Below are positions 53,075 to 64,000 of a DNA stretch of 64,000 bases, piece after piece; positions within the stretch are counted from its first letter, which is position 1, and each line of letters opens with the position of its first letter. The notes below the pieces were generated by a model. That model saw nothing but the letters and a program-made list of their open reading frames with translations, did not search any database and had not been told where the DNA came from. Source of the stretch: Eledone cirrhosa. Taxonomy: Eukaryota. Position numbers and translations under genes: made by a program. The DNA lies in contig OZ024757.1 of assembly GCA_964016885.1 (NCBI GenBank), forward strand, positions 28,334,001 to 28,398,000, written 5' to 3'.

Positions 53075-54976
53075 GTATATATATTTGTATTTATAAATAT
53101 GTATACATATTTATGTATTTATTTATATATATGTATACATATACGTGTATATGTACATATATATGTCATATATATTTATGCATATATATATATATATTTA
53201 CTTAAATATATATATGTGTATATGTATATATATATGTCATATATATATATATATATATATATATTTATTTAAATATATATATGTATATATATATATATAT
53301 ATGTCATATATATATATATATATATATATATTTATTTAAATATATATATGTGGGTGTGTGATTATATCTATCTAGCTAGCTATCAAGATACTTCTTTCTT
53401 CTCCCACAAAGGATGAACGATGTGATGTGTGATATGTGATGCGAGAGATGCAGGTACGGTACTTTTCATCAGAGCGAAAATTCTAGGCTGCTGATGTTGC
53501 TGCAGCAGATGATGCCAGTGCTGCGATGTTACGATGCTACGATGCTATACAACGGAAATTAAATCACTCCATGAGCTAGAATCTCGCTAACTTCTCAATT
53601 ACTGCAACCAACCTACTCCAGCATCACAGCAGTGTCCATGTTAACACACACTCCACACACTCCACACACTTATGTACTCATACACCTGCACATCTACACT
53701 GCCCCCCCCCCCCCGCCCCCATGCAAACATACATCTACATGTCTACACAGTCACACACACCACATAACCACAGAACTACACATCTACACACACACACACA
53801 TAACCACATAACCACATAACCACACTACCACATATCCACCCAACTACACATTTATACACACACACATCCACACAAATACAAATCTCCACACAGACACACA
53901 TCTCCACACATCTACACACACACACATTCACACACCAACATATCCACACAACTACACATCTACACACACACATACACATCCACACAAATACACGCACACA
54001 CACACATTCACGCACCTACCCACATATCCACAAAACTACATATCTACACACACACAGATCCACACACACACATTAACACACCCATATAACATGTCCACAC
54101 AACTACACCTCTACACACACACGCAAATCTACACATCCACAACACACACACACACAAATCCACACATCCACAACACACACACACATCCACACACCCACAC
54201 ATCTACAGATGCACATATCAATACATACAATCACATATCTACACACACACATATCCATACACCACACGTCCATACATCCACACACACACACACACACATA
54301 CACCTCACACATCTACATTCACATATCCATACATTCACACATCCACACAATCGCAATGGATGCAAAACCTCAGATCAGACTCAAGGAGAAAGGTTCACTC
54401 ACTTGACAAAGAATGTGTCTTTCTCACAGATAGGGTCCCTATACACACACAAACACACAAGTAATGTGTGTGTGTGTACATATATATCTGTGTGTGTGTG
54501 TGTGATATCTAAAGTCACTTTGGCTTTCAAGCTCCAAGTGCTGGAGAAACCAATGAGGAAGAAGTGGGTGGGTTTGTTTGTTTATATATATATATATATA
54601 TAATATATATGATATATATATATTTATTTTTGTTCTATAGGGCAGAGGATAAGAAGGTGGGAGAGGGAGAATTTCCGTCTGTCTGCAGTAGCAGTGGGGC
54701 TGTTGAACAATATAACCCCCACCATCGTCACTAGCCCTCCTCTGCCCACTGTCCTTCATTGAGATAGTTTGCTGTATTTCAACATTATCATGGTTGAATA
54801 AGAAGGAACTAATGAAGCTTTGATTGTAAATATTTCTAGTATTGTTATACCTACTGTTTTCTCTTTGGTCTTGTCCCGTTTCCTTTACTGGATATAAACC
54901 CCACTCTGTATTGTTGTTGTTGTATGGTCCCCAATGTCTTGGAACCTTGTGGCCAATAAAAGAAATTATTATTATT

Positions 54977-55280
54977 AGTTGCGGCCCTTTACATTCTGAG
55001 TTCAAAATCCTACTGAGGTTAACTTTGCCATTCATCCTTACGGGGGTCGATAAAATAAAGTACCAGTAATACACTGCGATCGATTTATTTGGCTTTCTCC
55101 TCCCCACCAAAATTGTTGTCCTTGTTCCTAAATCAAAAACAATTATTATTATTATCTTTTTTTTTTTTTATGGAGTCAATAAAATAAAGTACCAGTAATG
55201 CACTGGGTCGATTTAAACGACTTTCCCCTCCCCTTAAATTGCTGGTCTTGTGCCTATAGTAGAAATCATTATTATTATTT
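54977..55280 (+). mobile_element. Two 5'-truncated SINE family A copies
   Basis: Cores and (ATT)n tails at 54977-55155 and 55170-55280. Confidence 0.8.
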
Positions 55281-55337
55281 CTTTTCCTATCCTCATCTTG
55301 GAGCCTTGTGGCCAATAAAAATAATCATCATTACTAA

Positions 55338-55387
<50 letters not shown>

Positions 55388-55966
55388 TTATTGTTATGGC
55401 ATAGCTCCTGCTGCTGCTATTTCTTCAGTGATCTGTTCTCCGGGAGAGGGGGAAGGAAAAGAAAAGGTGTATGACTGAGAAATGTTGTGGTGGTGGTGGT
55501 GATGGTCATGCTGGTCATGGTAGCAGTGGAGGGAGTTGTTGTGGTATTGATGATGATGATGATGATGGAGGCAGTGGTGAGGCTGATGGGGAAATAGTTA
55601 TAGTGGTGGTGGTGTTGGTGTTGAGGATGGAAAAAAAAAACATTCTCACTTGAAACAGTGTGGCTTTGAACTGAATTTTTTTTTCCTTTTGTTCTACCCC
55701 CATCCCTCCCCCACACACACCTTCAACAATCCTGAAAAATATACACTTCAAAGTGAAGAGATGAAATGAAATGATGAATAAATAAATAATAATAAATAAA
55801 TATATAATATATATATATAAATAAATAAAAATATGTATGTATATATATCTGTATATATATATATATACACATATAAATGATTATATATAGATATGTACAT
55901 ACATATAAATATATACATATAAACATATATATAAATGTGCACACATACATATATATATACATGTTA

Positions 55967-56016
<50 letters not shown>

Positions 56017-56555
56017 TACATATATTGAATATATTTACATATAAATACATAATACATATAAATATATATATATATATATGTATGTATGTATATATACATA
56101 TAAATAATATATATGTATCTACATATATATAAACATATATATAACAAAAGAAACTTCTACTAACAATAATAATATCACCCACAGTCACCACTCAACCACT
56201 CATAACCCGCACCACCGCTCTCCCTGCCTAAATTATTCCCTGGTGTGCAAGCACTCCAAATTTTATGTGTATAATAAGTTAATAATGGTGGTTGTGATGG
56301 TGTTGGTGGTGATGGTGGTTGTGGCAGTGGTTGTGTTGGTGGTAGTGGTATCTGTAGTAGTTGGTGTTGGTGTATGTAGTAGTAGATGGTGGTGGTGGTG
56401 TTAATGGTTGTTTTGGTAGTATTTTTTAGTGTTTGGTGATGGTGGCAAATGTGTAGGTTGTGCTTTTGGTAGTACTGGTTGTGATGGTGGTTTTGGTGGT
56501 GGTGGTTGTGGTGGTGGAGCTAGTAAGACTACTGTTATTTTAGTGGTGGTAGTAA

Positions 56556-56599
<44 letters not shown>

Positions 56600-57128
56600 T
56601 TTAGCCTATGAAGCAATGATAATAGTGCTTTTGTGGTTGCTGTTATAATGGTGGAAATTAAGTAAAGAAGATATAATAGGTGGGGTGGGGCAGGATGCGG
56701 TGAGGTTGCATGGGGGTGGGTTGGCATAGGTGAGATGAGATGAGGTGGAGTAGGGGAATAGTCAATAGTTGAAACATTTATTATTTTTTTTTTACAAGAA
56801 GAATCCCTAGTTTTGGACTGGAGGATCACACATGAAAGACAGAAGGCGATGACCTCTGAGTTTGTGTTGTTAGCCATCTTTTTTAGCAATCATTTGTTAG
56901 CCATCATTGTTTGCCATTGGTGTGGATAGTTAGGGTGTTCAGTACAATTGCAGTACATTATTTAGTGAGATGATGAGTTAATTCTATAGGGATATAAAGA
57001 ATTGATATGGGCCATCATCATCATCATCATCATTGTAACTATGATTATGATCATCATCATCACCATTATCTGCACCATCACACCACCACTACCACTATCA
57101 TCATCATTCTCACCATCATTATTATCAT

Positions 57129-57310
57129 GTGGATTGGCAGTATCGGTAGAGGGTCGGACGTCATGCTTTGATGCATAGAGTTACGGCCCTTTCCAATCTG
57201 AGTTCAAATGCCGCCGAGGTTAACTTTGCCTTTCATCCATACAGGGTCAATAAAATAAAGCACCAGTAATGCACTGGGTAATTGCTGGCCTTGTGCCAAA
57301 AGTAGAAACA
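57129..57310 (+). mobile_element. SINE family A with TSD
   Basis: 11-bp TSD ATTATTATCAT at 57118-57128 and 57311-57321. Confidence 0.9.
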
Positions 57311-57816
57311 ATTATTATCATTATCAGCACTACCACCACTGCCATTTTCATCATCATCATCACCACCACCAACATCATCATCATCATCCTCACCATCATC
57401 ATCACCACCATCACCACCATCGTCAGCGTGATCTTTTGCGGTTATTATTTTGCACAAATATTTCAACCACACAGTAATTATTATCCCCAGGGGCAGGGGC
57501 ATGGAAGTGATGAAACCACATGTTCTAAGTACTTTTCTCTATAATAGAGATTGTCAAACATTTTCTCTTTTTTTCTTTATGGCCATAATACACCAGGAAA
57601 AAGTGAGGAAATTTTGTAACACCACTAGTCTTGAAAAAAGAGCAATTTTCTGAATACAAGATACATTAACTATCATTTCTGTATTTCTAAGATGTGTAGA
57701 ATTTCTTATAGAATTCTTTGCAGTTAAATAAAATAACCATATTCTGATGTAGGGTTGTGCTTGGAGACTTTAGCATGGAGAATGACTGTTGCACATGCAC
57801 AGACATACAAGCACAC

Positions 57817-57863
<47 letters not shown>

Positions 57864-58064
57864 GTCGCACTCTCTCACACACAATCTCTCTCCCTCACAC
57901 ACATACACAATCTCTCTCTCACACACACATACACAATCTCTCTCTCTCTCTCACTCACACACACAATCTCTCTCCCTCACACACACACACAATCTCTCTC
58001 TCTCACACACAATCTCTCTCTCTCTCTCTCACACACACACAATCTCTCTCTCTCACACACACAC

Positions 58065-58239
58065 TTGTTTCTACTTTTGGCACAAGGCCAGCAATTACCC
58101 CAGTGCATTACGGGTGCTTTATTTTATTCACCCCGTAAGGATGAAAGGCAAAGTTAACCTCAGCAGGATTTGAACTCAAACCGTAAAGGGCCGTAACTCT
58201 ATGCTGCAAAACATGGCATCCGACCCTCTACCGATACTG
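58065..58239 (-). mobile_element. SINE family A
   Basis: Reverse-complement copy. Confidence 0.85.
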
Positions 58240-58853
58240 AATGTGACTATAACAGAATCCCTCCAACCACACACCTCTGCAAACTTTTAAAACTTTTGAT
58301 TTACTTTATTTTATCAATCTACCCCCACCGTACTCTACTTCGTTTATTTATTTATTTAAGTTCTCTTCTGTTCTGTTCCATAAAGATAGAGAGAGAGAAG
58401 TGAATGAAGGATAGAGATAGAGAGAGAAAGAAAGAAAGAGATAGCATCTTTTTATATTTGCTGGGAAACATGTCAGCACTGCACAATAAATAAATCATAG
58501 CAAACTGTTGCAACTCTGCTTTTACAATTTAAATGATGTACCGATTCTCAACGATTCCTTCTTCTCCGATGTTTAGATTATATTTTACGACCAGTGCAGC
58601 TTTGCAACAGATTTGGTTTCACGGCTGTGCAATTGAGAATCTAAAATAAATTTCCGCGTTAAGAACACAAGAGCTGGCTCAATTAGCTCACCGAGACATT
58701 CACTTTTATTACTGATGCCATTGTTGTTGTTGATATTGTTATCGTCATCATCTTTATCATTATTATTATTATTGTTGTTGTTATCCCTACAGTCCTTGTT
58801 TATTTGAACCATCCTTAATGTTTTCAGCCCTAGTGGCCAATAAAGAAATCATT

Positions 58854-59075
58854 CGCCATGCTTTCTAGCATAGTTACATCCCTTTACAGTCTGAGTTCAA
58901 ATCCCGCCGAGGTTAACTTTGCCTTTCATCCTTACGGGGTCGATAAAATAAAGTACCAGCAATGTACTGGGTAATTGCTGGCCTTGTGCCTAAAAGTAGA
59001 AACAATTATTAATCGTAATACACTGGGATAATTGCTGGCCTTGTGCCAAAAGTAGAAACAATCATTATTATTATT
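58854..59075 (+). mobile_element. SINE family A, 5'-truncated, with a second tail fragment
   Basis: Core 58854-59010, then a repeated tail GTAATACACTGGG...GTAGAAACAATC. Confidence 0.85.
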
Positions 59076-59611
59076 ATTATTATTATTATCATTATCAACA
59101 TTATTATTAACATTATGGTTATTAATTTGTTGTTGTTATCATGATCAAGATTAACGTAATAATAATTATCATCATTATCATCATCATCATTAATAACAAC
59201 TACTACTACAACTATAAACCCTTATAAAAGAATTATATTTTTTTACAGTCATTTTCTACTTGGTTTTAGCCAGAAATAACAACCTTAGTTAAAAAATAAT
59301 AAATAACATAGTTAGTGTTTCGTAAAATTTTTCCTCCCCCTCACACACAAAAATAAAAAAAAATAAAGTAGTTTCATTTGAAGAAACCAATGAGAAATCA
59401 ATCGTAATTTTTTTTTTTAGAAACAATTTCTTTTTTGTTTTTTTAATAAAATTTCTGAAATAATAATTATCTTAATGAGACATCAATAAATTTGGAACTG
59501 TAAGAGAGGAGTATTTGGAATCTTTGTGACAGTAAATGTTATGATTGTCAGAGTGATTAAATCACATGACCAAAAAGCAACAAGCATATCTGTGCTTGTG
59601 AGTTCAATTCC

Positions 59612-59758
59612 TGTTTGGAATAATTTAAGTTTTTTATTTTATTCTTTAAAAAATAATATTTCTCTGGAATAATTTAAATTTGTATTCTTTTAAGAATATT
59701 TGTCTGGAATAATTTAGAATTTTATTCTCTTAAAAATATTTTTCTGGAATAATTTAGC
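59612..59758. repeat. ~40-bp AT-rich tandem repeat, 4 copies
   Basis: TGGAATAATTTA recurs at ~59616, 59665, 59705 and 59745. Confidence 0.75.
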
Positions 59759-60460
59759 ACATATTTTAATTAGCGATGTCTGGGGGAAATATGTACTTTG
59801 ATAGGTAGCTTTATTGGAAATTAGGTAAAACTGCTTAGTGCATGGCGAAATTGTGTGAATCCTGTTTGGAATAGATACACCATATCTCTGCATGTCTATG
59901 GTTGAGAGTTCGGTTTTTGTCTAAAAATATTTATTTGGAATAATTTAGATAAATATTTTTTTAAATTGAAATTAATACTTATTTTAGTTGGAAATGCCTG
60001 GGAAGGTATTTACTTAGTTTGATTGAAAATTATTTCATATTGTTTAGTGTATGGCTTAAGTGGGAGTATTTGGTTTCGAATAGGTGTAATGTATCCCTGC
60101 ATGTCCTAAAAGGGGTTAAATATTGACTGGCATCTAGAAGGGCATCCAGCTGTAAAACTTCACCTCAAGAAAGACCTCATGATAAGTTTAAAACCTGTCA
60201 TTGCCTACAAAGCTAACTCCAACTTTAACAGGGAAAATGTCCTTGGCACTCTATGATTTTCGAATATTTAAAAAAATAATTTGTGGGATTTAAAAATATA
60301 ACTAACATTCTCATTATTAATCTGTTGTTTGGAAGATGACTTAACAAAGATTCTTAAATGAAATAGTGATAGATGAATATAAACACATGAAAATATCCAA
60401 ATCAATATGCTATAGGACAACTACATGTGTGTGTGTATGTGTGTATATATATATATAAGA

Positions 60461-60772
60461 GAGTCACTCCAAGTAGAGTCGCTGCTTTTCTGAATTGAGA
60501 GATCACAGCTCCGAATCTATAGGCATGAGGTTAGAATGTTTCAGGAAAGAATCGCAGGACAGATTTTCTGGGCAAAACCAACCGGCAGGAAACCCAGGGG
60601 AAGACCCTGAGCAAAATGGTTGGATAACATCCATGAGCTTGGTTGGTCTCGCTTGGGGATCCAGCTGGATCAGTTGGAGACAGTTGCTTCTGACAGGACT
60701 CACTGGAAGCAATGTTTGAGGACTCTGCCCTCACGACATTTTCAAGAATAAGTGGGCAAAGAAAAAGATACA
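60461..60772 (+). pseudogene. Rex3/Expander-like RTE LINE C-terminal fragment with two in-frame stops
   Basis: Frame from 60461 reads ESLQVESLLF*IERSQLRIYRHEVRM...PTGRKPRGRP*AKWLDNIHELGWSRLGI...DRTHWKQCLRTLPSR, matching the IERSQLRWxGH / RPRGRPRxRW signatures. Confidence 0.8.
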
Positions 60773-61170
60773 CACAGTCACCTGACCCAGTCTACCTTGA
60801 AAACGTGACATGTCTAACCCATGCATGGAAAATAGATGTTAAGCAGTGATGATAATGATCATGATGTGATATGATATACACACACATATATATATATATA
60901 TTACCATGCATGTGAGAAGCATCTCATGGTATTGTGACTTCATGAACCTATTAGTATATATATATATGTGTGTGTATGTGTATATATATATCTATAATAT
61001 ATATATGTATGTGTATATATATATATGTGTATGTATATATATATGTGTGTGTATATATATATATAATATATATATATATATGTGTATATATATATGTGTA
61101 TATATATATATGTGTATGTATATATATATGTATATATATATGTATATATATGTGTGTATATATATATATA

Positions 61171-61340
61171 ATTGTTTCTACTTTAGGCACAAGGCCAGCA
61201 ATTACCAGTGCATTACTGGTACTTTATTTTATCGACCCCGTAAGGATGAAAGGCAAAGTCAACCTCGGCGGGATTTGAACTCAGATGGTAAAGGGACGTA
61301 ACTATGCTGGAAAGCAGGGCGTCCGACCCTCTACCGATAC
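61171..61340 (-). mobile_element. SINE family A
   Basis: Reverse-complement copy, very similar to the 13526 copy. Confidence 0.9.
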
Positions 61341-61440
61341 ATATATGTGTATATATATATATATGTGTATGTATATATATATGTATATATATATATATAT
61401 GTATATATATGTGTGTATATATATATAATATATATATATC

Positions 61441-61480
<40 letters not shown>

Positions 61481-61605
61481 AAACAAATGAATATAAGAAT
61501 ATTTGTCTGTATATGTATGTGTATATACACATATATATGTACACGCATAAATCTATCTACATATTTGTCTCTTGATAATATACATATATATATACATATA
61601 TATAT

Positions 61606-61673
<68 letters not shown>

Positions 61674-62572
61674 CTTCCTTCAGGTGTATCTTCATCTCTA
61701 TCTACCCGTAATCATATCTTATCTCAATTGCTGATCATGTCATCGAAGAAAAACTGTGATGATGAAAATTAATGAAAACCTTTTTATAAGAAAATCCCAC
61801 CTAAGACCAACAACACTTAAGCTTAAAGCTAATAATCTTTAATACTAGTGAAGATCAAAGTGTAAATTACACTGTGATCTCTAATAGATTATCTATGGTT
61901 CACTTGATGTAATCTCACAATAATCCAATTACTGACTTTATTATTATGCTTGTTAGTTCTTGTGTGTTCATATATTTTTCATGTGTTTTTCATATATTTT
62001 TTTTTTTTGTGTATTTATCTCTATATTTGTCTTGCCTTATATATATATATATATATAGCTATTTCTTTTCTCAATATCGGTTTACCTTCTTAAGATTGAT
62101 TTTTGTTCCGTCTTAAAACTTAAGAGAATATATTATAAAGACGGCTTGTTCTGTATCTAAACCTAGCATGTGTCTTTATTTCTGATAATCCGCTATGTCC
62201 TTACTCAAGATCTTGAGGAGATTTCTTGGCTTACATAAGATCTACTAAGATCTTAATGATTTGTTGTTGTTATTGTTGTTGTTTTCTTTTCTTCAACTGG
62301 TGATATGGCTGCTACTGTTGTTGTTGTTGTTGTTTAATGCCCAGGTCATCCTTCATTGAAATTAAATGAAATGATTGATTGAATAAATGAAATTTACAGC
62401 TCATACCTCTATATGTTTAGCTGGTCTCTTACGAGGTTACATTCCATAAGAGGTTTCTTAAGTGTTTTAATGATAAGGGACCCCCAGTTCTATCATGTAA
62501 AGTAATATAAAATTGATGTGCCTTGCCCTAGAACACAACAAGCCGCCCAGTCCCTGCCCAAGAATGATCAAA

Positions 62573-62675
62573 TACAGGATGTCTCAAAAAATATATATAC
62601 ACACTTAGATTACCTATACAGGCAATATTTATTAGAATGCTGTTGAAGCATGTATACATTTTTGGGGACACTCGA
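62573..62675 (-). mobile_element. Tc1/mariner-type MITE copy (longer variant)
   Basis: TACAGGATGTCTC...GGGGACACTC, aligns by eye with the 46240 copy. Confidence 0.7.
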
Positions 62676-62722
62676 ACAGATGTTTAGAGCATCAAAAGAC
62701 AAGGGGCATCATTTTATTCAAA

Positions 62723-62948
62723 TTAACCCTTTAGTATTTACATTACTCTATCTATACTATTGTATTTTCATGGTAAAGGCTTTAACTCACATAATTATCT
62801 CACATAATATCGAATCTATTAGATTTTGATATTATTTATTTTGCGAACAATACCTTAACATCAGTATGGGTGGCCAGTTACGACCAGTTTGAGCAGAAAA
62901 AGGTGAGAAAATTCTGGCCAGATACAGCCAGTTGAAATGTTAAATGTA
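62723..62948 (+). mobile_element. piggyBac-type MITE, copy 7
   Basis: TTAACCCTTTAG start, same body, right TIR degenerate. Confidence 0.8.
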
Positions 62949-64000
62949 TTTGGCATTTTGAAAACATTTGTTTGTTTTTCTCCAGACTTTATAATCTTTT
63001 AAGTATTTAGGGTTTGGAATGGACTTACCTCAGCCCTGAGCAAGACACTTTACTTCCTTTTGCTCCTGACCACTTAGTTAAAAAAAATATGTACCAAGAA
63101 CATCTAAGGGTTAACCTTGCAATAGTCTAGTGATCTGCCCACGAGAGGATTGTTGTACTCAGATGAGGCCCTTATACATCAGAGGAGTGGTAGAATGCTG
63201 AATTGAAACCCTATCATGGTGTAATATTAGTGAAATAGATACCACCAATATTATTGCTATTATTATCATTATTGGTTTCCAGTTTGACAGATAATGCATT
63301 CATAATTTCACTTCAAGTTATGGCAACTATAAATTTACCATAGTTACATATTTCATATATGGGCATATTGTTTTGTATGTATGTGTTTGTATTTGTACAA
63401 GTGTGTGTCTCTGTTTGTGAGGGTGTGTGTGTATGTGTTTGGACATGCAGATTGGTGTTAGTGTTTATGTATGTGCTCATGTTTGTGTCTGTGCTTTTAT
63501 ACATGAGAATGTGTATGTATTCGTGTTTGTGTGTATGTGCTTTGTGCATGTGTGTTTGAGTATTTGAACGTGTGTGTGTTCATTGTGTCTGCTGTATTTG
63601 TATATTTGTACATGTGTTTCAGTGTATGTGTATGTGTGGAACCATTGAATTATATGTAATAGATAGCAATCCTGGTTGTATTGTTGGTCAAGATGTATTT
63701 TTAGTTCAGTTGTATTGGTTCAGTTTACATTGTGGGTCTTGTAATAAATACCAGTCATGTATGGAGGTTGGTTTTTACCTGTTGACTTCCGTGTCTATTT
63801 TACACAGCTACAGTTGCTGTGCTTGGTTTTTTTTTTAAACAAACATTTACTAACAACAATATACACTCCACCCTACACCCCCTTCTCCATCCTCCCACTT
63901 CTGTCCACTGTAAAGTGGTTGTGTAGGTGACATGACAAAAAGCACCCAATCTACACTGTAATGTGGTCATGTAGGAGACGCAGTAAAAAGGCTCCCAGTC

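Overview
AT-rich, microsatellite-saturated animal DNA. The repeat families resemble, from memory, those of an octopus or other coleoid cephalopod (inference). Almost all of it looks intronic or intergenic, and nearly every entry in the ORF track is a translation artefact of (TA)n, (CA)n, (GA)n, (ACC)n or (GAT)n repeats. The only long real reading frame is not in the track because it runs off the window edge. It is an uninterrupted RTE-clade LINE ORF at 1-2579 on the minus strand (APE endonuclease plus RT), with a C4HC3 PHD finger inserted just after the RT catalytic core. The rest is a mixture of transposon remains: 3' ends of RTE, Rex3/Expander-like, L1/Tx1-like and R4/Dong-like LINEs, at least four tRNA-derived SINE families, a piggyBac-type MITE (7 copies) and a Tc1/mariner-type MITE (5 copies). 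The most unusual signal is a family of non-coding fold-back elements inserted into (TA)n tracts. Each has a long inverted repeat followed by a one-sided 3' tail with an ACTC...GAGT(A/G)CTC motif, and several carry hammerhead-ribozyme cores (CTGA[C/T]GA-stem-GAAA) with a covarying stem II. They are best explained as non-autonomous Penelope-like or retrozyme-type insertions. Also noted: inverted duplications centred on (TA)n, a probable Tx1-SINE partner pair targeting ATT repeats, and a phase-compatible chain of three candidate exons on the plus strand. No host gene can be named with confidence.
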